64,000 nucleotides of DNA from Dehalococcoidia bacterium (lineage in GTDB: Bacteria > Chloroflexota > Dehalococcoidia > Lucifugimonadales > Australimonadaceae): the NCBI GenBank assembly GCA_965219845.1, contig CBDCOP010000006.1, positions 628,496 through 692,495 on the forward strand, written 5' to 3'. Each line of letters begins with the position of its first letter. Position 1 is the first letter of the stretch. Below, in pieces: positions 43,415 through 52,968 of this stretch. The notes beneath the pieces are model-generated. The model saw only the letters and a list, made by a program, of their open reading frames with translations, was not told the origin of the DNA and made no database searches. Both the position numbers and the translations under genes were made by a program.

Positions 43415-44301
43415 CTGACGAACGAAGACTTCCGGTGTGGCGATCGCTGCTCTACGTGCCGGCGAACGTCGAACGCTACCTCGCCAGGGCCCACGAACGG
43501 GGCGCCGACGGCATCATCCTCGACTTGGAGGACTCGGTCCCCCTCGCGGAGAAGGCGTCGGCGCGGGCGGGCGTGCAGGCGGCCGCGGAACGCGTCGGCC
43601 GGGCGGGCGCGGACGTGCTGGTGCGCGTCAACCAATCCCTTCGGCTCGCCGTCCCGGACATCGAGGCCAGCGTGTCCCCTGCGGTCGACGCCCTCGTCCT
43701 GCCGAAGGTCGCCGGCCCTGACCACGTCAGGTTGCTCGACGAGATGGTGTCGGACCTGGAAGCCGAGCGTGGGATGGCGGCGGGCGCGACAGCGTTCCTT
43801 GCGATGGTCGAGACGCCAGAGGCATTCTTCCAGATCGGCGAGATCGCGAAAGCGAGCCCGCGCATCGCGGCCATCACCATCGGCGCGGAGGACCTGGCAT
43901 CGTCACTGGGGATGCAGCCGGACGCCGAGACGCTGCTCTACCCGAAGACGCAGTCCGTGTACGCGGCGAAGGCGGCGGGAGTGATGGCCCTGGGCATCTT
44001 CGGCACCGTCGCCGACTACCAGGACCTGGACGCGGTGCGGGAGGTGGCGCTAAAGGCGAGGCGGTTCGGACTCGAGGGCGCGTCGTGCATCCACCCGAGC
44101 GTCGTTCCCGTGCTCAATGAGGCGTTCAGCCCCGGCGAAGAGGAGGTCGCCCTCGCCAAACGCATCATCGAAGCGAACGCCGACGCGGAGAAGACCGGCC
44201 GCGGCTCCTTCCAACTTGACGGCAAGATGATTGACGTGCCGGTGGTGCAGCGCGCCCTGCGCCTCCTCGCGCGCCACGAAGCCATCGCCTCACGGGGATG
44301 A
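43411..44301 (+). CDS. HpcH/HpaI aldolase / citrate-lyase beta (CitE)-like protein
   Basis: 296 aa with 'RSLLYVPANVERYLARAHERGADGIILDLEDSV' and 'MVETPEA'. There is a 4-nt overlap with the CoA-transferase gene. Confidence 0.85.
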   Translation: MTDERRLPVWRSLLYVPANVERYLARAHERGADGIILDLEDSVPLAEKASARAGVQAAAERVGRAGADVLVRVNQSLRLAVPDIEASVSPAVDALVLPKVAGPDHVRLLDEMVSDLEAERGMAAGATAFLAMVETPEAFFQIGEIAKASPRIAAITIGAEDLASSLGMQPDAETLLYPKTQSVYAAKAAGVMALGIFGTVADYQDLDAVREVALKARRFGLEGASCIHPSVVPVLNEAFSPGEEEVALAKRIIEANADAEKTGRGSFQLDGKMIDVPVVQRALRLLARHEAIASRG

Positions 44302-44471
44302 CCGCCGCCGAAAGGGCACGACACCCGTTTCGCCATCCTGCGTCGCCTCGATCAGCACCAACAAACGCACGGTCCCGCATCCTCCATCGTTACACGTACT
44401 CGGAGCGTACCGGCACGGCTCGTCCTGGCGTCCGCTCACTCCAGCGCGTGGGCCGCGACTAGGTGCATGCC

Positions 44472-45041
44472 TTACCTGTTCAGGAACCATCTGAACAGCA
44501 TGTAGCGGGGTGTCCTGCGGCAGTATGCGAGATACTGCTCTCCAAATGCGCAGCGCAGGTGAGGCTCCTCGATGCCCTGTACTAAGAAGTGCATGATCAG
44601 CGCGAATCCAAAGGCGAAGATGAAAGCCCATTGAGAAAGGCTCGCCACGGCTGATCCCAACATCATGAGCCAATAGCCTAGATACTGCGGATTACGCGAA
44701 TAGCGGTATATGCCTGCCGTGATCAGCTTATCCTCCAGGAGTCCATAGGCCCGGGCTCGACTTGAGTATTCGCGGCGCCCTGCCACGATCAGGCCCACTC
44801 CGATGCCTGCAATGACGAAACCGATGGTCAGGCTTATCGGTGACGGTGCGCTGAGCGACCCACGATCTAACCATGCGAGAGTGAACGTAGCCGCTGCGTG
44901 ACCGTGCATGTTGACTCCCGCCCAGACCGCGACCGGCAATGAGATGCGTCCCAGGCGGGCAAAGTCGCGTTTTGCACGTAGTGCCATCGGAACAACGCAG
45001 AGAGCATTCAGTAATGAAATGATGAGAAGTCCGAGAATCAT
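44472..45041 (-). CDS. ICMT/PEMT-like membrane methyltransferase family protein
   Basis: 189 aa and polytopic, with 'GIYRYSRNPQYLGYWLMMLG' and 'EEPHLRCAFGEQYLAYCRRTPRY'. It looks visibly lower in GC than its neighbours. Confidence 0.75.
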   Translation of the reverse strand: MILGLLIISLLNALCVVPMALRAKRDFARLGRISLPVAVWAGVNMHGHAAATFTLAWLDRGSLSAPSPISLTIGFVIAGIGVGLIVAGRREYSSRARAYGLLEDKLITAGIYRYSRNPQYLGYWLMMLGSAVASLSQWAFIFAFGFALIMHFLVQGIEEPHLRCAFGEQYLAYCRRTPRYMLFRWFLNR

Positions 45042-45397
45042 CCCATTTCACCTCGAATGCCCGCCCCGGGTGACTCGTGTTGCGTCCGGTAGAGACAACA
45101 CGGTTCTTACTGTAGAACACGTGGGCCGCCAAAGGAGTATTCCAAGCCGTATTCCCTATGGAATTTCACTGCTCCGTCGCGCGGGACAGCGCCGTGGTGT
45201 AGGGGTGTCCTCGCGGGTGCCAAACCCCCAACCCCACTGATTCCGCCCTTTCCGCAGTCGCTCCCTGCCCGCGTACGCTGGTCCTGTCGATGCAGGGCTG
45301 GTCGCGCAGGTCTATCGTGCAAAGGAGGCGTTGCGCGAGTCAGGGCGAACGAGGTATGGTAGAAACAGAATGGAGATTCTACCCTGACGGTGTTCCC

Positions 45398-45655
45398 ATG
45401 AGCCTGAACATCAAGAACGAAGAGACCTGCCGCCTGGCTGGTGAACTTGCCCATCTCACCGGCGAAACCATGACCGGTGCGATAACGGTCGCACTTCAAG
45501 AGCGCTTGGAGCGCGAGAGACGGCAGCGCGGCGTTGAGGAGCGGCTGCGGCGCATGCGCGCCGTGGCCGAGCGCTTTGCGGCGCAGTTTCCCGATAGCGG
45601 CCCACCGATCGATCACGGCGAACTGCTCTACGACGAGCGGGGTCTGCCGAAGTGA
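45398..45655 (+). CDS. vapB: VapB-family antitoxin (Rv0623/PSK-type)
   Basis: Trimmed to 'MSLNIKNEETCRLAGELAHLTGETMTGAITVALQERLERE'. A 7-bp inverted repeat GGTAGAA/TTCTACC (45358-45383) lies just upstream. Confidence 0.65.
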   Translation: MSLNIKNEETCRLAGELAHLTGETMTGAITVALQERLERERRQRGVEERLRRMRAVAERFAAQFPDSGPPIDHGELLYDERGLPK

Positions 45656-46044
45656 TCGTAGATGCATCGGCGGTGGTTGCCATCCTGTTCCGCGAAAGCG
45701 ATGCGGAACGGTACGAGGAGGCGATAGCGGCCGCTCCACACTGCCGCATGTCCGTCGTCAACTTCGTGGAAGCGGCCATGGTCCTCGAAAGCAGGGACGG
45801 CCCGGCAAGAGGAGAATCCCTTGACGCCTTCCTGGCATCTGCGCAGGTCGAGTTGGCCCCTATGACTCCCGACCACGCGCGCGCCGCGCGGCAGGCCTGG
45901 CGGCGTTTCGGCAAGGGCAACCACCCCGCTGGGCTCAACTTCGGCGACTGCTTCGCCTACGCCCTGGCGGAGACCAGCAATGAACCCCTGCTGTTCAAAG
46001 GCGGAGATTTCGCCCTCACGGACATCGAGGACGCGCTCCGCTAG
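45652..46044 (+). CDS. vapC: PIN-domain toxin VapC
   Basis: GTG 45652 overlaps the vapB TGA (GTGA). It has 'MIVDASAVVAIL' and 'GDCFAYALAETSNEPLLFKGGDF'. Confidence 0.85.
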   Translation: MIVDASAVVAILFRESDAERYEEAIAAAPHCRMSVVNFVEAAMVLESRDGPARGESLDAFLASAQVELAPMTPDHARAARQAWRRFGKGNHPAGLNFGDCFAYALAETSNEPLLFKGGDFALTDIEDALR

Positions 46045-46078
46045 GAACTCTCTGCAGAGGCGTCTGTCGACGGAGCCC

Positions 46079-46222
46079 GTCATTCCCGCGGAGGCGGGAA
46101 TCCAGAGTGGGTGGGCAGCGCACACGGCGGGGTCGGGCATGGAGCGTTGTCATGCTGAGCGGAGCCGAAGCATCTCTCGGGCGTGTTGGATCGACCGCCC
46201 ATGGTGAGCCTGTCGAACCACG
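46079..46222. repeat. Composite repeat (families E + C + D), copy 1
   Basis: 'gtcattcccgcggaggcgggaatccag' is followed by '...cagcgcacacggc...gttgtcatgctgagcggagccgaagcatctctcggg...catggtgagcctgtcgaaccac'. Confidence 0.8.
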
Positions 46223-46340
46223 CCCGTCGTTCTTGTGAAAATAGCGCTACGTGGCCTGCAAACACCAACGACATCCGCCTTCGCTGCCGGCCAGCGCCTC
46301 CCCATTTTCATCTTCTTACGCGGCCTGACAAGGCCTTGGG

Positions 46341-46524
46341 CCATTCCTGCGGAGGCAGGAACCTCGCAGCCGTGTGCCCCCGTCGTTCCACCGAAGGCTG
46401 GAATCCAGGAGTAGGCGACAGCGCACACGGCCCGGTAGGCATGGGGCGTTGTCATGCTGAGCGGAGCCGAAGCATCTCTCGGGAGTGTTCGATCGACCGT
46501 TCATGGTGAGCCTGTCGAACCACG
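46341..46524. repeat. Composite repeat (families E + E' + C + D), copy 2
   Basis: It has the same module order as copy 1. The ~107-nt C+D unit (46418-46524) is near-identical to 46116-46222. Confidence 0.8.
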
Positions 46525-46955
46525 AACGGTCCCTCACTGACATCCGCCCCTTTCGCGGTCGGCCCCTGCCCGCGTACGCTGGTCCTATGCACGGAGCGAC
46601 GGACACAGGACGGCCTCAACCCCACCGTCAGAGACGGACCGGAATGAGCGGGAAAGAGCTGTTCCTGACCGGAAATGAGCTGCGGATGAGCGGTTTTGAG
46701 CCGTCCGACAGCTCACCGGAGGGGCCGGTCTCAGAGGTGAATCTGGGTAGATGAGCTGTTTTGGTCCGCGATTCCCCCCCGAAGTTTCGCTGCCGCCCTG
46801 TCTGCTCGCTCGGCGGCGGGGGTGAGGGTTGCCCCATCCTGTGCATCCTGTCCATCCCTGTTGATTCTCGGGGGGTGAGGGCCGCGCCCATTGACACCCC
46901 AACCCGCGCAACCTAGCCTCACGCGCAGGCGTCCACCCGACGCAGTGGAGGAACG

Positions 46956-47966
46956 ATGGCCACAACAGCAGGGATCGTGCCGGAGGAACTGGCGCAGCTG
47001 ACGCCCGAGGAGCTGTACGCGCTCTACATGGAAAAGCAGGTGAACTTCGGGCGCGCCGCGCTCGCGCTCGACAAGCGCAGGCGGCTGGGCCGCGTCCACG
47101 TCCCCGCCGAGGAGGCCGGCGTCGCCAACGCCGGGCCGGACCAGCGCATGATCGTGGGCCCGGAGCTCGGCTTCAACGTCCACAACCTGCACGTCTTCAC
47201 GTCGGGACGCGCGGGCGGCTCGGAGCGCTACCACACACACGGCGACGCGCTCAAGTTCTACGTCAAGGGCGGCGGCCAGGAGCTCATCGAGGACGTCCGG
47301 TTCGACGTGAAGGTCGGCGACTTCTGCCACGTCCCCGCCAACATCTGGCACGGCACCGAGAACCCGCACCCGGAGCCGCTCGTCTTCCTCGCCGCGCAGC
47401 AGTTCCCCGGCACCTACCGGCAGGTGCCGACGCCGTTCGTCCACATCAATGCGCCGCACAAGGCCCCGGAAGTGAGCGACCTCTCGGACGAGGAGTTGGG
47501 CAAGCTGGAGCCCTGGCCCCTCTACCTCCGCTACCTCGAGGAGCAGATGGCGTTCGGCCGTGTCGCGCTGGAGGTGCAGCGCAGGCGCGAGCAGAAACGC
47601 CTCCACGTCCCGGCTGAGGAGGCCCCCATCATGGACTGGGGCCCCGGCAGGCACCACATCATCTCGCCGGAGCTCGGCTTCGACATCTACTCGTTCCAGC
47701 TGTTCATGGAGAACGTCCCCGCGCACACGGAGAACGGCGCGCCCCAGACCTCCGGCGACGCCGTCCGCTACTACATCGGCGGCGAGGGAGTCGAGGTCAT
47801 CGGCGAGGAGCGCGTGCGCGTCCGCGCCGGCGACTTCACCTGCATCCCCGCAGGGGCGCGGAACGAGACGACGAACCCGCACGACGAGGACCTGCGCTTC
47901 ATATGCTGGCAGCAGATACCGGGCACCTACGTGCAGGTGCACATGCCCGTCCTGCCCGCGGAGTAG
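46956..47966 (+). CDS. Bicupin protein (internal tandem duplication)
   Basis: 336 aa, and the two halves align (aa ~1-165 versus ~166-336). The first half keeps 'YHTHGDALKFY...WHGTEN'. The second half has 'PQTSGDAVRYY...ARNETTN'. Confidence 0.7.
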   Translation: MATTAGIVPEELAQLTPEELYALYMEKQVNFGRAALALDKRRRLGRVHVPAEEAGVANAGPDQRMIVGPELGFNVHNLHVFTSGRAGGSERYHTHGDALKFYVKGGGQELIEDVRFDVKVGDFCHVPANIWHGTENPHPEPLVFLAAQQFPGTYRQVPTPFVHINAPHKAPEVSDLSDEELGKLEPWPLYLRYLEEQMAFGRVALEVQRRREQKRLHVPAEEAPIMDWGPGRHHIISPELGFDIYSFQLFMENVPAHTENGAPQTSGDAVRYYIGGEGVEVIGEERVRVRAGDFTCIPAGARNETTNPHDEDLRFICWQQIPGTYVQVHMPVLPAE

Positions 47967-47990
47967 CCTGATCCCCTCTCCCTGCTCCGG

Positions 47991-48154
47991 TCCCCTCTCC
48001 CTACAAGGAGACCTTTGCATAACCCGTGAGGGGAGATGCGGTGCGGGGTTATTTGATCCCTTCCCCCTTGATGGGGGAAGGTTAGGATGGGGGTGAATCG
48101 GCGGGGTCTGGATGTGCGATGGGGTTACGCAAAGGTCTCTGCAAGGAGAGAGGG
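47991..48154. repeat. MITE-like repeat element, copy A3
   Basis: Near-identical to A1/A2 (13929-14272). The inverted cores are 'gagacctttgcataacc' and 'ggttacgcaaaggtctc'. A family B hairpin follows at 48206-48246. Confidence 0.7.
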
Positions 48155-48299
48155 TTAGGGTGAGGGTCCTGCGTGCGTGGAGCGGAGTGGAGCGAGTATC
48201 GGTTATTCCCCTCTCCCTACAAGGGGAGAGGGCTAGGGTGAGGGTACCCCGGGGGGCGGGCGCGAGGTGAGCGATGAGTAGCGATAAGAGGGAGCAACC

Positions 48300-50465
48300 A
48301 TGACCACCTACCGCGGCCAGGGCATGGCCCGCATGGAGGACGAGCGGCTGCTGCGCGGTGGCGGAACGTTCGTCGACGACATCCAACTGGAGGGCATGCT
48401 CCACGCCGCCGCGCTCCGCAGCACGGAACCGCACGCCCGCATCCGCTCCGTCGACACCGCAGCCGCGCTCGCGAGTCCGGGCGTCTCCGCCGTCTACACC
48501 GGCGCGGACCTGGACGGCCTGGTGCCCGACATCGGCGCGATACGCCGCGAAGGGATGGGTGAATCACCCATCCCCGAGCACCCCGTGCTGGCGCGCGACC
48601 GCGTCTGCTACGTCGGCCAACCTGTCGCCATAGTAGTGGCCTCGACAAGGACGGCCGCCTACGACGCCCGCGACCGCATCGCCGTCGATTACGAGCCCCT
48701 CCCGCCCCTGCTGGACCCGCGCGAGTCGGCGTCGGACGCCAGCCCGCTGCACCCGAACATCGGTACGAACGTCGTGATGCGCACGGCGGCGGGCGCGGGC
48801 AACGTCGCCGAGGCGTTCGAGAACGCCGATGAGATCGTCGAGGCCTCGTACGAGATACCCCGCCTCGTCGCCATGCCGATGGAGTGCCGCGGCATCGTAG
48901 TCGCGCCCGACGCGGAGAGCGGGCGGCTCACCGTGTGGACGTCGACGCAGGTGCCGCACCGGGTGAAGACGTTCCTGGCGATGCTGCTCCCCGGCGACCT
49001 CGACGTGCGCGTCATCACGCCGGACGTGGGCGGCGGCTTCGGACGCAAGATCGAGGTGTGGCCAGAGGAGGTCGCGGCTGCGTACGCAGCCGTGCAACTC
49101 GGAGCGCCGGTCAAGTGGACGGAGCAGCGCTCGGAGAGCACTCTCGCGTCGCACGGTCGCGGCTTCACGGCGGACGTGCAGGCCGCGGTGCGCGCGGACG
49201 GCGCGGTGCTCGGCGTCCGCATCCGGATGCTGGCCGACATGGGCGCTTATTTCCTCACGTCCAGCGGCGGACCGCTCGGCAACGCCGTACAGCGAGTCGC
49301 CGGGCCCTACGCGATCCCCGCCATGGACGTGGAGTGCCTCGGTGTCACGACCAACCGTCCGCCCACCGGCCCCTACCGCGGCGCGGGCGGGCCAGAGGCC
49401 GCCGTGCCCATCGAGCGCATCATGGACGACGCCGCGCGCCAGCTCGGCATGGACCCCGCGGAGATACGTCGACGCAATTTCATCCCCGCCGACGCCTTCC
49501 CTTACCAGACCGCCACCGGCCTCCTCTACGACTCCGGCGACTTCCACACCGCGTTCGACCGCGCGCTCGGCATGGCCGGGTACGGCGCGCTCCGCGAGCG
49601 GCAGGCCTCCGAGAGCGGCCCGTTCCGTACTGGCATCGGCGTCGCTACGGTCACCAAGGCGTCCGGCGGCAAGGCGGGCGTACGGAAGAGCCTCACCCGC
49701 GTCGAGATGACGCCGGACGGGCGCGTCGTTATCGTCACGGACGTATCGCCCCACGGACAGGGCACCGCAACGTCGTTCGCGCAGATCGCGGCGGACACGC
49801 TCGGCGTACCGCCGGAGGCGGTTGAACTGCACCACGGCGACACGGACGAACTCGCCTCTGGCGGCGGCACCACGTCCAGCCGCGGCCTCGCGGTCGGCGG
49901 CAACGCGGCCTACCTCGCGCTCCAGGAGGTGAAGCGTCGGCTGGATGCGGCCGGCGGCATCGTCCCCGCGAACGGCATCACCGTGGAACTGGAGTGGGAG
50001 CTGCCCGCCAACCCGTTCGGCTTCGCCGCGCACGTCGCGGTCGTGGAGTTGGACGAGGGCACCGGCGACGTGCGGCTCACCGACTACGCGGCGGTGCACG
50101 ACTGCGGGCCGATGATCAACCCGGTCATCGTGCGCGGTCAGATACAGGGCGGCATCGCCCAGGGAATCGGCCAGGCGCTGAGCGAGGGGATGCTCTACAC
50201 GGCGGCGGGCCAGCCGCAGACCGCCAGCTTCATGACCTACGGCATCCCCCTCGCCGAGTCGCTGCCGGCGTTCCTGCTGGAGAACCAGCAGACGCCGTCG
50301 CCGACCAACCCGCTGGGCATCAAGGGCATCGGCGAACTGCCGACCGTCGCCGCGCCCGTGGCCGTGACGAACGCCGTCGCGGACGCGCTCACCCGCGCAG
50401 GCGCGGACGTCCGCGGCGTCGACATGCCGCTCCTCGCCGAGCGCGTCTGGCGCGCGCTGGGGTGA
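48300..50465 (+). CDS. Xanthine dehydrogenase family molybdopterin-binding large subunit (orphan; no adjacent S/M subunits)
   Basis: 721 aa with 'GQGMARMEDERLLRGGGTFVDD'. The active-site-loop region reads 'PYRGAGGPEA', which is not the form I CODH motif. Confidence 0.9.
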   Translation: MTTYRGQGMARMEDERLLRGGGTFVDDIQLEGMLHAAALRSTEPHARIRSVDTAAALASPGVSAVYTGADLDGLVPDIGAIRREGMGESPIPEHPVLARDRVCYVGQPVAIVVASTRTAAYDARDRIAVDYEPLPPLLDPRESASDASPLHPNIGTNVVMRTAAGAGNVAEAFENADEIVEASYEIPRLVAMPMECRGIVVAPDAESGRLTVWTSTQVPHRVKTFLAMLLPGDLDVRVITPDVGGGFGRKIEVWPEEVAAAYAAVQLGAPVKWTEQRSESTLASHGRGFTADVQAAVRADGAVLGVRIRMLADMGAYFLTSSGGPLGNAVQRVAGPYAIPAMDVECLGVTTNRPPTGPYRGAGGPEAAVPIERIMDDAARQLGMDPAEIRRRNFIPADAFPYQTATGLLYDSGDFHTAFDRALGMAGYGALRERQASESGPFRTGIGVATVTKASGGKAGVRKSLTRVEMTPDGRVVIVTDVSPHGQGTATSFAQIAADTLGVPPEAVELHHGDTDELASGGGTTSSRGLAVGGNAAYLALQEVKRRLDAAGGIVPANGITVELEWELPANPFGFAAHVAVVELDEGTGDVRLTDYAAVHDCGPMINPVIVRGQIQGGIAQGIGQALSEGMLYTAAGQPQTASFMTYGIPLAESLPAFLLENQQTPSPTNPLGIKGIGELPTVAAPVAVTNAVADALTRAGADVRGVDMPLLAERVWRALG

Positions 50466-50468
50466 GGG

Positions 50469-50642
50469 ATGACAGACGACGCCATTGACAACCTGCGCGC
50501 CGAGGTGATGAAAGGCTTGGAAGCCCTGCGAAACGGCGACTACGTTGAGTACACGGACGAGACGCTGCCGGAACTGGTCAACGACATCACCCAGCGCGGG
50601 CATGCCCGCGCGAGCCAGACACTGCCGAACAACGGGTGTTGA
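50469..50642 (+). CDS. Short ORF resembling the C-terminal half of a ParD-family antitoxin
   Basis: 57 aa, not in the ORF track. 'MTDDAIDNLRAEVMKGLEALRNGDYVEYTDETLPELVNDITQRG' resembles the ParD C-terminal region, and the N-terminal RHH part is absent. It starts 4 nt after the coxL-like stop. Confidence 0.35.
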   Translation: MTDDAIDNLRAEVMKGLEALRNGDYVEYTDETLPELVNDITQRGHARASQTLPNNGC

Positions 50643-50905
50643 GTGGCCCTTGGCAACTTTGTGACACACGCCCCTTGGGGCTTGCCTCCCCCGCCCGGCT
50701 ACCATCTTTGGTATGCGCGGGAACTAGTGGCGAAGGCCGAAAATAATCTGGCCGCCAAGTGACGTGCTGAACCGTCAGTGCACAAGTGTACGACTGGCCT
50801 GCGCCAGGTTCATTGCGCAATGAGAAATTGCAACAGCCAGCGGGGAGGTATAGAGCCAAGCAGCCTTCAGGCCCTTCCCCGCTCGACTGTCGCTCGCTCG
50901 GAGTG

Positions 50906-51367
50906 CTACTGCGCCCCGAAGAACTTGCCCTCGACGGGTACGGGGTCGATGTGGAAGTTGTCCGGGGAGTCGGCCGGGATGGGGCTGCCATCCGGCTTCA
51001 GCCGCGTCTGGATACCCTCGCTGGTGTCCCTCTGCGCGCCGACGCGCAGCATAAAGAGGTTCCGGCCGCCGGTGTTGAGGTAGCGGTAGTGCGCGCCCTT
51101 CGGAATCATGATGCCCTCGTACTCGCCGAGCACCTTCCCAGTGCCGTTCTCGTCGAAGAACGTGACCTCGCCCTCCAGCACGACGAACGCGTGGTCCTCG
51201 TTCGTGTGCGCGTGCACGGCGTTCTCCCCGCCCTCCGCGTTGACCTTGAAGCTCAGCCAGAGCAGGTCCGTGCGGGCAAGGTCGATGTTCGTGCGCCCGG
51301 CCGACAGGTACGGCCCCTTGATGGAGAACGTGGACGTTTTCGGCGTGGTCTGCGTCTCGGTGGTCAT
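50906..51367 (-). CDS. Cupin-domain protein
   Basis: 153 aa with 'ENAVHAHTNEDHAFVVLEGEVTF...IMIPKGAHYRY'. Confidence 0.75.
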   Translation of the reverse strand: MTTETQTTPKTSTFSIKGPYLSAGRTNIDLARTDLLWLSFKVNAEGGENAVHAHTNEDHAFVVLEGEVTFFDENGTGKVLGEYEGIMIPKGAHYRYLNTGGRNLFMLRVGAQRDTSEGIQTRLKPDGSPIPADSPDNFHIDPVPVEGKFFGAQ

Positions 51368-51430
51368 GGCATCCTCCTCGTTCCGTGTGCTGCTATCTTA
51401 CGCCGTCCTGCAAGACGCGTCCGGCAAGTC

Positions 51431-52954
51431 CTATCCCACGAGGCCCTTGACGATGTCGGACAGCCGCTCGCCGATCATGATGGACGTGACGTTCGTGTTC
51501 GCATGCGGGATCGTGGGCATGATGGACGCGTCCGCCACGTACAGGTTGTCGATCCCGTGCACCTTCAGGTTGCTGTCAACCACCGCCATCGGGTCGGACG
51601 CCGGGCCCATTTTGCACGTGCCGATGCCGTGATGGTAGCTCCCGTGCGCGCTGCGGGCGAACTCGGCCCAGTCTTCGTCCCGTGTCGGGGAGATGAGCGG
51701 CCCGTAGAACTCCTGCATGGACTCGTGCTGCACCAACTCGTAGATGAACTCCATCGCGTTGAGCATCGCCTTCAGATCGTCGGGGTTGCGCAGCATCGCG
51801 TCCTCGATCTCCGGCAGGTCGTCCGGGTCCGCGCTCACGAGACGGATGCGCCCGAGGTCGCGCTGCTCGAGCAGGTTCGCGGAGATCGGCATCATGCGCT
51901 TCAGCCCCGGCACGTCCGTCGGCGGCCGCTGGAAGATGTGAAAGTTGCCGTGTGGCAGGCTGGGGTCGCTCTTGTACATCAGACGGAAGCGGGGGATCAA
52001 CCAGTCGGGGCTGAAATCGGTGCGCCCCTCGAACGTCATCTCCATCGTCGCGTGGTCCTGGTAGTTCTCCCCCACGCCCTTGAGCGCGCTCACGACAGGG
52101 ATGCCCAAGCGCTCCAGGTCGTCCGAGGGCCCGATGCCGGAGAGCATGAGAATCTGCGGGCTGTGGTAGACGCCCGCGCACAGCACGACCACCTGCGCCG
52201 ATACCGAACTGACTTCGCCTTCCCGCTTGTAGACGACCCCGCTGACTCGCCCGTTCGCGATGGAGAGCGACTGCACCTGCGCGTCCGCGATGATGTCGAG
52301 GTTCGCCCGGCCCCGCGCAGGATCGAGGTAAGCGACCGTAGTGTTCTGCCGCACTCCGTCCTTGACGTTGTAGGCGGAGCTGCAGACGCCGTACGGGTCC
52401 GGCACGTTCAGGTCCGGGCAGAGGGGCAGCCCCATGCTCAGCGCACGGTCGATGAACGCGCGCACCGGCGCGGACGCGTCCTTGTCGTCTACCCTGAAGA
52501 GCCTCTGGACGTAGAGCGGCCCCTCCTCTCCGTGGATGTCGTTGCCGCCGTAGTCCGAGTCCGTCTCGATGCGCTGCAGGATAGGCAGGCACTCGTCGAA
52601 CGACCAGCCCGGGTTGCCGAGCCCTGCCCACGTGTCGAGGTCGTGCCTCGTCGGGCGGACGACGGCCATCGCGTTCACCGACGAGCCGCCACCCATCACA
52701 CGTCCACTCACCTTGTAGAATGTGCTGCCGTCGCCTGCGCGAGGCGTTGGGTAGAGCAGTATGTAAGGCGACTCCAGCACGACGCGGGCGATCTGGCTCC
52801 CGTCCGCGATCATCGGCGGGATGGGCTGCGGATCAGGCCCCGCCTCCAGCAGCAGCACCTGCCTGTCCGGGTCCTCGCTCAGCCGCGCGGCAGCCGCACA
52901 CCCCGCCGAGCCCCCGCCGATGATGATTGCATCGTAGGAATATCTCGCCTGCAC
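51431..52954 (-). CDS. GMC-family oxidoreductase (choline dehydrogenase-like)
   Basis: 507 aa with the FAD motif 'YDAIIIGGGSAGCAAAARLSEDP' and the C-terminal 'HGIGTCKMG...VADASIMP'. Confidence 0.9.
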   Translation of the reverse strand: MQARYSYDAIIIGGGSAGCAAAARLSEDPDRQVLLLEAGPDPQPIPPMIADGSQIARVVLESPYILLYPTPRAGDGSTFYKVSGRVMGGGSSVNAMAVVRPTRHDLDTWAGLGNPGWSFDECLPILQRIETDSDYGGNDIHGEEGPLYVQRLFRVDDKDASAPVRAFIDRALSMGLPLCPDLNVPDPYGVCSSAYNVKDGVRQNTTVAYLDPARGRANLDIIADAQVQSLSIANGRVSGVVYKREGEVSSVSAQVVVLCAGVYHSPQILMLSGIGPSDDLERLGIPVVSALKGVGENYQDHATMEMTFEGRTDFSPDWLIPRFRLMYKSDPSLPHGNFHIFQRPPTDVPGLKRMMPISANLLEQRDLGRIRLVSADPDDLPEIEDAMLRNPDDLKAMLNAMEFIYELVQHESMQEFYGPLISPTRDEDWAEFARSAHGSYHHGIGTCKMGPASDPMAVVDSNLKVHGIDNLYVADASIMPTIPHANTNVTSIMIGERLSDIVKGLVG

Positions 52955-52968
52955 TGTTCAGCGCCTCC

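Noticed and set aside
50643-50765. Possible ParE toxin remnant after the ParD-like short ORF (frame reading 'VALGNFVTHAPWGLPPPPGYHLWYARELVAKAENNLAAK*')
   Set aside because: There is only a vague resemblance to the ParE 'P.G...Y.i.Yr' region. It is too short and too degenerate to support without a profile search.
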